NCBI RefSeq assembly: GCF_006345805.1
Contig: NC_043008.1
Span: 6,572,001 to 6,636,000 of the forward strand
Length of the DNA: 64,000 bases
Direction: 5' to 3'
From: Octopus sinensis
Taxonomy: Eukaryota
The translations under genes were made by a program, and so were the position numbers. The notes beneath the pieces are model-generated. The model had not been told where the DNA came from. It did no database searches and saw nothing but the letters and a program-made list of their open reading frames with translations. Every line of letters begins with the position of its first letter. Position 1 is the first letter of the stretch. This document shows, in pieces, positions 39,107 to 52,120 of this stretch.

Positions 39107-39391
39107 CTATGCTGAACTATTGAGAAATCTGCAGTTACTCTATCCAGATTACAAGGTCAGGTTTATAGCTGTAATTATTGAGATGCTGGGATATGAAACA
39201 CATTGCCTAAATACCAATCTTGGGAAATAAGGCTTCTCAAAACCAGAAAGAAGAAAGCGAATTCGAAGACTACAGATCCAATCCATCACTGCAACTGTAA
39301 AAATCTGTAAAACTTTCCAGAAGTTTATCATTTAAATATATATGAGCATGTCTAGATATGCAACAATATGCATGAAAATACATACATAAAA
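39107..39391 (+). mobile_element. R4/Dong-clade non-LTR retrotransposon 3' fragment (REL endonuclease end)
   Basis: YAELLRNLQLLYPDYKVRFIAVIIEMLGY...LQIQSITATVKICKTF*; flanked by (CATA)n. Confidence 0.8.
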
Positions 39392-39394
39392 CAT

Positions 39395-39445
<51 letters not shown>

Positions 39446-40367
39446 CACACACACACACACGCACGCATGCATGCATGCATGCATGAATGCATGCATGCAT
39501 GCATACATACATACATACATACATACATACATACATGATGGCCATCCACTTGTGATTGAGGAAGACCATTGCTGACCTTCAGGAAGTTCAAATATGAAAA
39601 AAAGGGACAGGAAGGGGTTTCTTGCTATCAATGAAATATACATGGTAACCTTGCATTTCATATGCAAGGTTACCATGTATATTGGCTGAAATGCTAAAGG
39701 ATTAAACTTGCTAAAACAATGATAGTGGTGTTGATGCATGTGATGATGATGACAGTTATTATTATTATGATGATGATGATGATGATGATGATGATAAACC
39801 AGATAAGAGATTATGTCTCTCTTTAATTATTTAGTCATTTACCTTCTTTTGTTCTTTCTATTTTTATTCAGCTTTATGAGAATTCTGAGTTTTTGGGTGA
39901 AAGTTATTGGAGTGAATATGGAAAGAAATAAAGATGGAAGGAAAATAACTACATCAGTGTATGCCCTTAAGGTACACGAAGGGGAACAGAAGGGAATAGA
40001 AGATTGGGAAGGGTTTGAATGGAGGTTGTAACAGAGTATGGAGAAAGTGGGAAATGGTTTGGAGATGGGGCTGAGAGATGAACAAGAGTGGAGGAGTTGT
40101 CAATGATAAATATATATTCAGTTTATCCAAATATTTTTTCACACTTTATATCAATATTCTTTTTAGATTCATTAATGGGTGTCACTGCATATTTTTATTT
40201 TTCTAGTCATTATTCCTTTCAGATCCCTTTTTTCATGTCCTTTCACATCTCAGCATTCGTTATTTTATAATTCTTTTTCTTTCTCTCAAATTGAAGAATC
40301 TTGTAGGCTGTTCTATTTGATCTCATATTTTCTTTCCCCAAAATTACCCCTAATATATTATTTTATT

Positions 40368-40398
<31 letters not shown>

Positions 40399-40699
40399 GT
40401 ATATATATATATATGTATGAAAATAAGGTTATGTGCCTCTGTGTCACCTTAATATAAGCAATCCAATATATATTCTAACAATCAGCTGATAACAGCTGTT
40501 TCCTACAAACAACACATAAATGAAGGCAAAATATAAACAATTTTATTTTCTCTTCCATATTGTTGTAATGATTATTTTCTAACACCAACCAAAGGTAGAA
40601 ATATTCACAAAGTATACATTTATAAAATTCCAAGATTTTCCAAGATTTTCCAAAGTTAGAACACAACATTTTTTTAATGATTCTTGTATAAGTGATTTG

Positions 40700-41095
40700 G
40701 CTCAAGGCCTGCAATTTCAGAGTAAGGAGTAAGTTGAGTACATGCACCCCAGTGTTTCACTGGTACTTAATTTATTGACTCCAAAAGGATTAAAGGCAAA
40801 GCTTATCTCGGCAGAATTTGAACTCAGAACACAGAGATGGAACATGCTAACAATTCTGCTAGCTAAATATTAAACAATATGAAGGTGGTAAGCTGGCAGA
40901 ACTGTCATTTCACTGGACAAAATGCTTAGCAGCCTTTTTCCGAATTTATGTTCTGAGTTCAAATGCTGCTGGGGTCAACTTTACCAGTCATCCTTTTCAG
41001 GGTCGATAAAATAAGTACCAGTTAAACACTAGGGTCGATGTAATTGATCTACACCAACCACGAAATTGCTGACCTTCTGCCAAAATTTGAAACCA
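40700..41095. mobile_element. Two SINE family D copies in inverted, head-to-head orientation
   Basis: Minus copy at about 40700-40865, plus copy at about 40881-41095. Confidence 0.8.
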
Positions 41096-41179
41096 TTATC
41101 AAACTATGCAAAACTAATTTGAAGCCCTCCATAGTTGCAACAGTATGACTGTATTGTCTGGGTTGTGACTTCCACAGAA

Positions 41180-41596
41180 CTCTTTACTCTTTTTACTCTT
41201 TTTACTTGTTTCAGTCATTTGACTGCGACCATGCTGGAGCACCGCCTTTAGTCGAGCAAATCGACCCCGGGACTTATTCTTTGTAAGCCCAGTACTTATT
41301 CTATCGGTCTCTTTTGCCGAACCGCTAAGTGACGGGGACGTAAACACACCAGCATCGGTTGTCAAGCAATGCTAGGGGAACAAACACAGACACACAAACA
41401 TATTCACACACACTTATATATATATACATATATACGACAGGCTTCTTTCAGTTTCCATCTACCAAATCCACTCACAAGGCATTGGTCGGCCCGGGGCTAT
41501 AGCAGAAGACACGTGCCCAAGATGCCACGCAGTGGGACTGAACCCGGAACCATGTGGTTGGTTAGCAAGCTACTTACCAAACAGCCACTCCTGCTT
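41180..41596 (-). mobile_element. SINE family A, full-length, young subfamily
   Basis: Nearly identical to 3583-3921, including diagnostic variants (GCCCAGTAC, GTGACGGGG, CAAGCAATGCTAGG, GGCATTGG, AGATGCCACG). Confidence 0.92.
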
Positions 41597-42244
41597 GGAT
41601 TTTCATAGAATCTCACTCAAAGACGCTCTTGTCATAACCGGTTCCTTTAAAAGAACTACCATAAAACTAGAAACAATTCTTGAACAGTGTAATAAAGATG
41701 TCACCATCAGCAAATTGAAGCAGAAAATGATAATGGGAGCCAGACACTGCAAATCTATTTCTAATTTATGATTTTTTTCAATTGATTTAACAAGCATTTT
41801 TTTCTTTATCGTTAATTTGATAACTCTGGTGTAGTTTTGTAAATTTATATTTTGGCTTATGTTTCAGCCATAATGTCATTTTAATAGAATGTCAATCACT
41901 TGTAAAGGAGGCTTCGTTAACTCCTCTTGTTACTAAGGAGTACTAAAACAGACGAATGTGAGTATTTTATTACAAGATACACTACAAAGATTGTAAACCA
42001 TTAGTAAATATTCAGTACCCTAAATCCATGGCATCATTGTCACTAAGTTCAATAATGTAACTCTTTCGATCATCACCAATTAATTACCATAATTACTTTT
42101 GTTAGATGAGAATAAGTTTTGAAATGTAATTCCTTTAACTCAGTCTCTTGAATACCTATTTCTTTACTACCCACAAGGGGCTAAACACAGATATTCTCTT
42201 GAATATCATGTAATTCAACAGTTTGAACTCTACTTCCTAACCAA

Positions 42245-42308
42245 ATTTTTTTCTTCTCTGGATATTATGCCCTTTCATTTTTACTCTCTCTTCCATCTTT
42301 TCTTTCGT

Positions 42309-42360
<52 letters not shown>

Positions 42361-42500
42361 TCCCTCTCTCTCTCTTTCTTTCTTTCTTCCTCTCTTTCTT
42401 TCTTCCTCTCTTTCTTTCTTCCTTTTTTTTTCTTTCTCTTTCTTTCTTTCTCTCTTTCTTTCTTTCTTTCTCTCTCTCTCTCTTTCTTTCTTTCATTTTC

Positions 42501-42535
<35 letters not shown>

Positions 42536-42571
42536 TCCTCTGTCCCACTCCTCTTTTGCCCTCTCTTCCAT

Positions 42572-42611
<40 letters not shown>

Positions 42612-43837
42612 CTGTCTGAAATTGGTTCTGTAGTACAAATGTCTTGTTTTCAAAAGTTTTGGATCAAAATCTTTCACCAAACCTTAGTCACAATTTATGT
42701 TCCTAAAACTAGCTTAATGATAATGAAGTTATTTTACAAACTTCTTTGTTATATTTAAAATTAATTGAAAGAAACACAGAGGATCTCAACAGAAATATGG
42801 CAACAAAAAGGTTAGAGAAGCAGTCCAAATTTGTGATAACTAAGCTGCTCATCTGAATGATTATAGAATTAATTACCATTTCTAGATTCTCAGAAACACT
42901 TGTAGCAGATACCTATTCAGGACTTGAACCGAAGAATGTAAAACATTTTTCAGTTGATCTACAATTGTTATAAACCCAACTAAAATAGCTTTAGCTTATG
43001 TGAAGAAATAAAAAAAATCTGATCTGATCTAATTTTTAAAATCTTTTTCTTTTATAGTTTATATTCGAAATAAAATTGTTCCAAATAAATATAAGTTTCC
43101 AGAATAAAGAAATAATCACCATTGGCTGTCTCAAAGTAAGTAATTCAAAATTATTCTCCAAAAACATGAATCCCTATCTATCTTTATATTAAATTAATAT
43201 AACACAGATTTTTTTTTCTCTAAGACTTCTGGAATTTAAAACGGAAAAGAAGCGAAAACATAGAATCCAAAATAAAGCACCAAGAATCAAAACCATGTTG
43301 CTTGCCAACCTTCATTAACAGAACTTTTTTCATGCACCTTAATACGTTCTTTAAATGCTTTACTTATATTCAGCTCAGTATCTCCACTGGCCATATTTTC
43401 TTAATCATTATTATTATTGGAGCATTGTTGTTGTTATTACTGTTATTATTATTATTATGCTCAATATGATTATTAACCAACTGTACCCAATACCTTGGGG
43501 AAAAAAAAACGAGAAGGAAAAGGTTTACCCTAATTTTCATGACATTTACTTAATGATAATATGCCTTGAAACATCCTCTTATTCTGAGTCTGTGGCACTG
43601 AGTGGTGTGTGTGTGTGTCTGTGGGAGAGAGAGAGAGGAGGGGTGGGAGAGAAAGAGAGAGATAAAGAGAAGATGGAAGAGAGAGGGCAAAAGAGGAGTG
43701 GGACAGAAGAAGAGAGAGGAAGAAAGAGAGAGAGAGTGAGAGAGATAGAGGAAGAGAAAGAAAGTAAGAAAGAAAGAAAGAAAGATGGAAAAGAGAGTAA
43801 AAGTGAAAGGGCATAATTTCCAGAGAAGAAAAAAAAA
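42245..43837. repeat. Inverted duplication of a CT-rich segment (42245-42611 versus 43604-43837)
   Basis: Unique anchors CTTCTCTGGA.ATTATGCCCTTTCA and CTGTCCCACTCCTCTTTTGCCCTCTC occur in opposite orientations. Confidence 0.85.
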
Positions 43838-44267
43838 GAAACAAAGCCGAAAAGAAAAGAAAAGCCCAGGAAAAATATTGAATAAAAACAAAAAAATTTA
43901 ATAATTTTTTTTCTTTTAAATCACTAAAAAGAAATGGAAGAAAATAGAAAGTTGAAAAAAAGAAAAAGAAAAACTTAAGAAATACATGTGTGTGTTTGAG
44001 AATGTGCATGTGAGAATGTATGTGAATATATTTGCATGTGTGTGTGTGCATGAATGGGTGTGAATGTGTGCATGTGAGCAATGCATGTGTGTGGTGTGTG
44101 TGTGCCAAAAAAATTCTTCCATTATTAAATCAATATTTTATCCCAACTTTGATTAACTCTTTGTGATTTAGAAATGCTATTTGATGTTAACCATTTTTTT
44201 TTTCTTTTTTGAAGTTTCAGTTAGTTGTCTGACTCAGATAATAGTGATGATGATGATGATGATGATG

Positions 44268-44305
<38 letters not shown>

Positions 44306-44624
44306 CATGATAGCACTACCTGTTTAGTTTTTTTTTTCTGCGATGGCAGGAAGAGTGGAACACATGTAGAAAGTGGCAAAGATTTAAGAGCCACTGGTAA
44401 CCTGCACCCTCTTTTAATGGAACAGATTGGAGAAGGCAGGGGGTTATGCTTTCTTCTCCAACAGTTCTCTAATCATTACCAGACAATGAACAACTTACAC
44501 ATTCTACTTCAAATGGTCGACTCACATAAAATTAAATCACGAATGTTGTTCGAATGGCTAATGACTGCCTTTAACGAGACATGCAGACACTTACATGAAC
44601 ACAACACACATGCTGATGCACGCA

Positions 44625-44630
44625 TATACA

Positions 44631-44679
<49 letters not shown>

Positions 44680-44754
44680 ATATGTATGTATATATATATA
44701 TATATATATATGTGATATTATATATATATAATATATATTATATATAGTATATTG

Positions 44755-44801
<47 letters not shown>

Positions 44802-44835
44802 CTATATATATATGTATATATAATATGTATGTATA

Positions 44836-44866
<31 letters not shown>

Positions 44867-45221
44867 ATATATATGTATATATATGTATGTATATATATAT
44901 TATATATATATATATATGATATGTATGTATGTATATAATATGTATATATATATATGTAGTATATATATATATATATATATGTATGTATATTATATATATA
45001 TATATATGTAGTATGATATATAGATATATTATATATATATTACATATACATATATACACACACATACATTTATATATATATACTTATATATCTATCTATA
45101 TTATTATTATATATATAGATATACATACATATATATATATAGATAGATATACACACACACACATATATATATATGTAAATATATGGTGTGTCTATGCATC
45201 TATGTATAATATATATATATA

Positions 45222-45265
<44 letters not shown>

Positions 45266-45295
45266 GATATATAGACATATATATGTGTATGTATG

Positions 45296-45336
<41 letters not shown>

Positions 45337-45445
45337 ATGCATGTAAATATATATATATATTTATGAAATATATGTCTGTGTATATATGTCACATACATAC
45401 ATACATACATGTGTGTGTGTATGCATGTATGTATATATGTATAGT
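44625..45445. repeat. Long degenerate (TA)n compound microsatellite
   Basis: Seen directly. Confidence 0.95.
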
Positions 45446-45819
45446 CAATCACACATACCTGTATATTTCTCTCTCTCTCTCTCTCAGTCAAATCTTATTA
45501 TTATTTTTAAAGCATAATATTTTAAAATAGAACCCAGCAAGACCTCTTGCTTTCAGAAAACGTCTCTCTTGGTTTACATTAAGACAAATTCATGAGATCT
45601 TTGGATTTTCTTACTTAAGTAAACATGTAGAGGGATAAAATTTTATATTGTAATGTAATATTATGTAAAATAATATAAAATATATGTGTGTGTGTATGCA
45701 GATATGTGTATGTGCATGTGTGTGTCTCTATGTGTATGTATATTACTGTGTTTGTGTGTAGGTATGCTGTGTATCTATGGTTTTGTGTTTCTATATATTT
45801 GTGCATGCATACACTTGCA

Positions 45820-46150
45820 TCCTCTCTATCTTTCTCTTTCTCCCCCTCTTTCTCTCTCCCCCTCTCTTTCTCTTTCTCCCACTCATTCTCTCTCTCCCCC
45901 CTCTCTTTCTCTCTCTCCACTCTTTCTTTCTTTCCCCTCTCTTTCTCTCTCTCCCCCTCTCTTTCTCTCTCTCACACTCTTTCTCTCTCTCACACTCTTT
46001 CTCTCTCTCCCCTCTCTTTCTCTCTCCCCCTCTTTCTCTCTCTCCCACTCCTTCTTTCTCTCCCCTCTCTTTCTCTCTCCCCTCTCTCTTTCTCTCTCTA
46101 TCCCCCTATCTTTCTCTCTCTCCCCTCTCTCCTCCCTCTCTCCCCTCTCT
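45820..46150. repeat. Polypyrimidine (CT-rich) tract
   Basis: About 330 bp almost purely C/T. Confidence 0.9.
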
Positions 46151-46823
46151 CGTATTCACATGTACACAAAACGAAAAGTACAATGGAAATACAAAATGTG
46201 ATAAAACTCGTATTATATTTTTTCCATTTTGAATTCATTTTGTTAAAAATGTTTATTTTTATCTTAATTCTTTTTCCCCTGCAAATGAAATTGTTTTTAT
46301 AAATCTCCCTTCCCCCCCTTCTCCCCATTGTTCCCTCTTAACCTTTCATTTTTCATCATAATCATTGATTAGCTGTTGTCTTTGCAAATTCCAGACAAGA
46401 TTTCGGCAGCAATCTCATTCCAAACTATTCTCTTTTGTTTCACTTTGTCTTTTAATATCTTTTTTCTTTTTCATCCTGAGACAATCTTTTATATTAACAA
46501 GTCTCCTCATATGGTTTTGATGTGTAGATGTTACACTTCTGAACAAGAAAATGCTTTCCTACCTCTACCAATTTTACCATTTTTACTTCAAGTATTTCTA
46601 ATAGATTTGGTGGAGAGGGCCAGTCAATAAGATTGACCCCAGTACGCACTAAGTTTATTTCATGGATAATAAGAAGACAAGCAGAGTTAACAACCTGAGT
46701 ATTGATGTATCTTGAGTAAAAATGATCTGAAGCTCAAATTTTGCTGCTATTGTTTTTCTTCTAATTAGACCAGTTCTGTTTACTTTAATCTATTTGATTA
46801 TTATTATCATTCTGCTTCTTATC

Positions 46824-47067
46824 ATTCAATAGTCTTATTTTTATCACATGCTTTTCACTGTACTACCAAGTGCAGCTCTGTGTGCTTTGGGTATGTGCTG
46901 TGGTTTGTTGTGGTGCTCTTATTTTCACTGTACTGAAAGTGTTTTATGTAGGAATGTGTGCGGTGCCTAGTAGTGCTATTGTCTGTTATATTATATATAT
47001 ACTTGTAAGTCCTGGTGTTTTTGTTATGTATTTGTCTGAATGTTTTTTAATCATACCTAATGCACCT
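46824..47067 (-). mobile_element. R4/Dong-clade LINE 3' fragment
   Basis: Minus strand reads GALGMIKKHSDKYITKTPGLTSIY...IALLGTAHI; ends toward a degenerate (TAA)n. Confidence 0.82.
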
Positions 47068-47089
47068 GCCAGCTTGTCACCTTAAAAAA

Positions 47090-47300
47090 TATTTTCTACT
47101 CTAGGCACAAGGCCCGAAATTTTTGGTGAGAGGGCCAGTTGATTAGACTGAACCTAGTATGTAATTGATACTTAATTTATCAACCCCTAAAGGATGAAAA
47201 GTAAAGTCGACCTTGGTGGAATTTGAACTCAGAACATATAGACAGACGAAATACTGCTAAACATCTTGCTCGGCATGCTAACAATTCTGCTAGCTCATTG
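47090..47300 (-). mobile_element. SINE family D
   Basis: Colinear with 48581-48800. Confidence 0.85.
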
Positions 47301-48155
47301 TCTTTCACTATTGTTTCTTGATTGTTAATTTGGGAAGTTAGTAGGGTGAACATAAATTTACCAACCACTTTTAAATCATGGTACAGGAAATATTGACTCA
47401 ATATAAATCTTCTCTTTCTCCATACTTCAAAATTTTATTTACTTTCCTTTCATATGGGTGTGCATGTGTGTTTGTGTGTGTCTATTTGTGTGTGTGTGTG
47501 TGTGAGAAAGCGTGTCTACTTGTATGTGTGTGTAAAACTCTTACAAACATCGGCTTTTCGTTAAAAAGATAAATAAACAAAATAAGATATAAAACTAATG
47601 CCATTGTTATCACTTTTATCAACCAGCGTCTTTGTAAACTACATCTGGTCATTTACCAGGAATGAAAACCCCATTTTCTGGTGAATGATCTTGTAGCAAG
47701 AATTGTATCAAAAACTGGAAAGTGTTTTCAACAATGAAGTAACATTTAGACATTTGATTCATTCAGCTCGTGCTTTTCAAAGCAATAAATAATCAATTTG
47801 TTGAAGTTACCCAACTGTAAGACACCAACGGTTTCTATTTGTATAAGGGATCTGAATGTGTATGGGAACTAATTCAAAACAGTTTTCATAAGCTCCATAT
47901 GTTTCCTTTAGTCACCTCTATTTTCACCTTAGTGGACGGACAGCAAATGACATACCTTCAATGTATTGAAAGTCTTTGAAATTTCTGTGAGAGAGATATA
48001 TTCATATATACAGATCTAACGAGTAATATTTATCAACCAAATTATTATTTCGTCTCGAAATATAGGGAACGTTAAATGAGATAGAAGACAGCAATCAATT
48101 AATTTAGTCCCACTGACCGCAACTTGTACATAACAGAATATTATTATTATTACTA

Positions 48156-48515
48156 TTACCTCCACCTTAGAGCAAAGGCAGAGGTTTTGCTTTCAGTTGT
48201 GTTTATTTGTCCGTGGACAAGATATTTCAAGAACCGCTGGATGGTTTCAGATGAAACTTTCAGGGATGTTTGGGCTCATGACTGGCACACACTGATTAGA
48301 TTTTGGCATCGATCTGGTATCGGACAAGGATTCTGGATTATTTTCCTGTGTTTTTTTTACTTAATTTCTTAGAGCGGTTGGGTTCATTTTTAGTATTCTT
48401 GTTTGTGAGAGCAATCGAGTTTATTTCAGATATTCCCATTTTAAAATCATCTCTGTCTAATTCTTGAGAGGACGTTAGTGTTGCCTTGGTGGAGGTTTGC
48501 GCTGTCTGAGTGCTC

Positions 48516-48516
<1 letters not shown>
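48156..48516 (+). mobile_element. Helentron-associated non-autonomous element (HINE/DINE-1-like)
   Basis: 5' TTACCTCCACCTT..AAGGCAGAGGT hairpin, GATGAAACTT and GATTAGATTTTGG core, 3' CTTGGTGGAGGT subterminal inverted repeat plus terminal stem-loop GCGCTGTCTGAGTGC. Confidence 0.7.
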
Positions 48517-48564
<48 letters not shown>

Positions 48565-48580
48565 CATTGTTATTATTATT

Positions 48581-48814
48581 AAGGCAGTGAGCTGGCAGAA
48601 ATGTTAGCACGCTGAGCAAAATGCTTTGCGGCACTTCATCTGTCTGCACATTTTGAGTACAAATTCTGCTGAGGTCAACTTTGCCTTTCATCCTTTCAGG
48701 GTCGATAAATGAAGTACCAGTTGTGCACTGGTGTCAATCTCATCGACTGGCCACCCCTGTCCACCAAAATTTCAAGCCTTGTGCCTAGAGTAGAAAAGAT
48801 TATTATTATTATTA

Positions 48815-48854
<40 letters not shown>

Positions 48855-49030
48855 GGAAGTGAGCTGGCAAAATCATTAGCATGCCGGGCAAAATGCTTAG
48901 CAGTATTTTGTCTGCTGCTACATTCTGAGTTCAAATTCCACTGAGGTTGATTAAATAAGTACCAGTTATACACTATGGTCAATGTAATCGACTTAATCCC
49001 TTCCCCAAAATTTAAGGCCTTGTAGAAAGA
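48581..49030 (+). mobile_element. Two tandem SINE family D copies within (TTA)n
   Basis: Heads at 48582 and 48853. Confidence 0.85.
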
Positions 49031-49039
49031 ATTATTATT

Positions 49040-49870
49040 ATTATTTGACATTTAATAACTTCAGGTAAATTTCTATTGCATCACCTGCTTGTTCTTGTTT
49101 TGTTGTTGTTGTTGTTGAGAGAGTACAAACTCTTCCTGGTTTTATATTGCACCAGGTTGTTTTGTTATGGGGTTTCGTTGCAGTCTTTTGTTGTATTAGT
49201 GTTTGTATTGTGTGTGTAATGTGAGTTGTGTTCTGTTGAGTATCCAACCCGCAAAGGACACGTTAATTTGGGGGGATATTCACTGTATAGAGTGTGTTTG
49301 TGGATTGTTTTTTATTTGTGCTTAGTGGTTAGGGCATTCGGCTCATGATTGTAAGATCGTGAGTTTGATTCTCAGTGACGCGTTGTGTCCTTGAGCAAGA
49401 CACTTTATTTCACATTGCTCCAGTCCACTCAGCTGGCAAAAATGAGTTGTACCTGTGTTTCAAAGAGCCAGCCTTGTCACACTCTGTGTCACACTGAATC
49501 TTCCTGAAAACTACGTTAGGGGTACGCATGTCTGTGGATTGTTCAGTCACTTGCATGTTAATTTCACGAGCAGGCTGTTCTGTTAATCGTATCAGTTGGG
49601 ATCCTCATTGTCGTAACCAACGGAGTGCTCCTACTACTGTTAAATCAATAGAGTCTTGCATAGGATGTGGGCTGTTCCCTAACAGGGCTATTTTTTGGAT
49701 TGTGTGTAGTGTCGAGGGTCGAAGTATAGCTTCTATGCTTTCGTTCATATGTTTTTGTTATCATATTTAACAATCCATTCATTACTGGTATTGTCATTAC
49801 TTTTATGCCTCACATCTTAGCTACTTCAGTTTTGAGGTCTTAGTACTTTGACTGTTTCTCCACTTTTTTT
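49040..49870 (-). mobile_element. R4/Dong-clade LINE 3' fragment interrupted by a family B SINE (49321-49632, plus strand)
   Basis: Minus frames read EKQSKY*DLKTEVAKM*GIKVMTIPV...LHTIQKIALLG..HIL; the 3' UTR ends in (TAA)n. Confidence 0.8.
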
Positions 49871-51037
49871 GGGGGGGGGGGGACAAAAGAAAAATGAAAA
49901 CCGAAACTCTGAAAGCTGAATTCACAAGAGATAAAAATCTATAGAATTGAGACCATGCAATTACCAACCACTCCTGGCTTACTTTGTCATTTTTTTAATC
50001 ACTTTCAGTGTAGATGTTAATTTAGGTATCAACTAATACACACTCAACAGATAATAATGTTTTTCGTAACTACTTTCCAATTTTTATACAATTAGCACTG
50101 AGCTGAAATGACAGTAAAAATGACAAAATACTCTTACCACTATTTTATTTAGCTCCTTGTCACAGAAAAATTAAACAGTTTTATTAACTTTTCAAAAGTG
50201 AAATGGCAGTTGCTTTTTTTCTTTCTTCTTTTCTTTCTTTCTTTTTTTTATTGAATAATTGAAAGAAAAGTTTCATGAGTATTGTTGGTGTGTTTTTTAT
50301 TTTTTTATTAACAATTTCTCAACTAAGAAATTTAGTGAAGAAAAGAAGCCATTAAAAAACTTAAGTTGAATTTCGTCACTAATCATATGGTATGTTTTTT
50401 AAAAAAATAGTTTTAGGAAAAAAGATTGCCTAAAGTGAAACTGTTGTGACTTCATTTTCTCTCAAATTGGAAAATATCTTTACAAATAGAAAACTCATAG
50501 TTTGCTTTCATTGAATATGTTCCTGCAGTAGTTTAGTAAAATATATTGCTGCCACTATTTACAGTAAATAACCATTTAGTAATATTTAAAACTAGCACTA
50601 ATTGGTAATGAAAAATTAATCAATTATTTATAATGATTTTTGTGATTGCAGTGGTTATTAACATCATTTGCTGCACCATAAACAATGAAGTGTCTGAGTT
50701 ATGGTGTTGAATCTACCATAGCATTATTGAATCTAAAGATTTATAGATGAAGATCTATACTGCACAATTCTGTTTAGTTGGTTCTTGATAATCATATTTT
50801 ATTTTTCATTGTTACAAAGATTTGCTTTTTCTTTAACTTATTGACAAAAAAACCCCCAAGTGATTTGAGCTAGTTAACAACTTTGACTTGTAGTAAAGAT
50901 TGTTTGCCAACATAACAACAAATGTTGCTGTAATTTAGCCCCAGGAGGCATCATCTCTGGCTAGCTATACGACACGATTTGTGTCCTTTGATTTTCGAAC
51001 AAGGGAATCTAGCACCCCCACTCAGTTCAAAACAATA

Positions 51038-51145
51038 TCTGTGAATCACGATTTCCAGGTTATTTCCTTTCATCAGCCCAGAGTAGCCTCTAGCCAAACA
51101 ATTATTCTGTGCTGATGAAGGGACAAAACCTAGATCTCACGATAC

Positions 51146-51147
<2 letters not shown>
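51038..51147. ncRNA. Divergent pair of hammerhead motifs
   Basis: Minus 51038-51082: TCTGGG-CTGATGA-AAGG AAATAA CCTG-GAAA-TCGTGA-TT-CACAGA. Plus 51106-51147: TCTGTG-CTGATGA-AGGGACAAAACCTA-GATC-TCACGA-TA-CAC (GAAA decayed). Confidence 0.65.
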
Positions 51148-51181
<34 letters not shown>

Positions 51182-51680
51182 ACTACTACTACTACTACTA
51201 CTACTACTGCTGCTACTGCTACTGCTTTTACTGCTGCTCCTAATATTACCACTATGCTAATTTCTGTCAATTCTAGTGCTGTTTTCCCCTCACCACTTGT
51301 TATTGAAAATCCTCTCACTACAACCACCACCCAACTGGTAGGTGACAGCTGTGGTAGGAGGAGGGAGGAAGATGTTGTCAGCTTGGCATGTTGGGGATGA
51401 TATATTCACTTTGGAATAATTGTGACAAAACGAAATGGCCAAGAAGAAGTTTGTAATCAGACGTGTCCTGAGTCTGATATTGCAGAATCATCTTGAGCAA
51501 GTACTTCATATCACACCCTCCAACTGACCAAAGTCTGTGAAATCAGAGAGAAGGAAACTGAGCTGAAGCTTTTCAGATGGATTTTTACCTGTGATTCAAA
51601 TGAACAGCTTCCTTGCATAGGATGCCATGCTGAGTCTGACTGAAGATTATGGGTCTGTGGAATACTCAACCATTTACATG

Positions 51681-52120
51681 TTAATTGAATGAGTTGCTAA
51701 TTAAATGAACAGCTAATTGAATGAGGTTGCTAACTGAATGAGTTGCTGATTGAATGATCAACTAACTGATTGAGATGCCAATTGAATGAGTCACTAATTG
51801 AATGAGCTAAAGACTGAATGAGCTGCTAATTGAATGAGTTGCTAACTGAATGAGTTGCTAATTGAATGAGTCACTCACTAACAGATTGAGACACTAATTG
51901 AATGAGTAGCTAACTGAATGAGTTGCTAACTGAATGAGTTTCTAATTGAATGAGTCACTCACTAACAGATTGAGACACTAATTGAATGAGTAGCTAACTG
52001 AATGAGTTGCTAACTGAATGAGTTTCTAATTGAATGAGTCACTCACTAACTGAATGAATAGTTAAATGAAAGAGGTTGCTAATTGAATGAGTCACTAATC
52101 GAATGAGCTACTAATTGAAT
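51681..52120. repeat. 16-bp minisatellite (AATTGAATGAGTTGCT) with an 84-bp higher-order repeat
   Basis: About 27 units; an identical 84-mer starts at 51860 and 51944, with a partial third at 52028. Confidence 0.92.

Noticed and set aside
51681-52120. CRISPR-like regular repeats (also 27693-27900 and 63764-63868)
   Set aside because: Head-to-tail units without unique spacers, eukaryotic context and no cas genes
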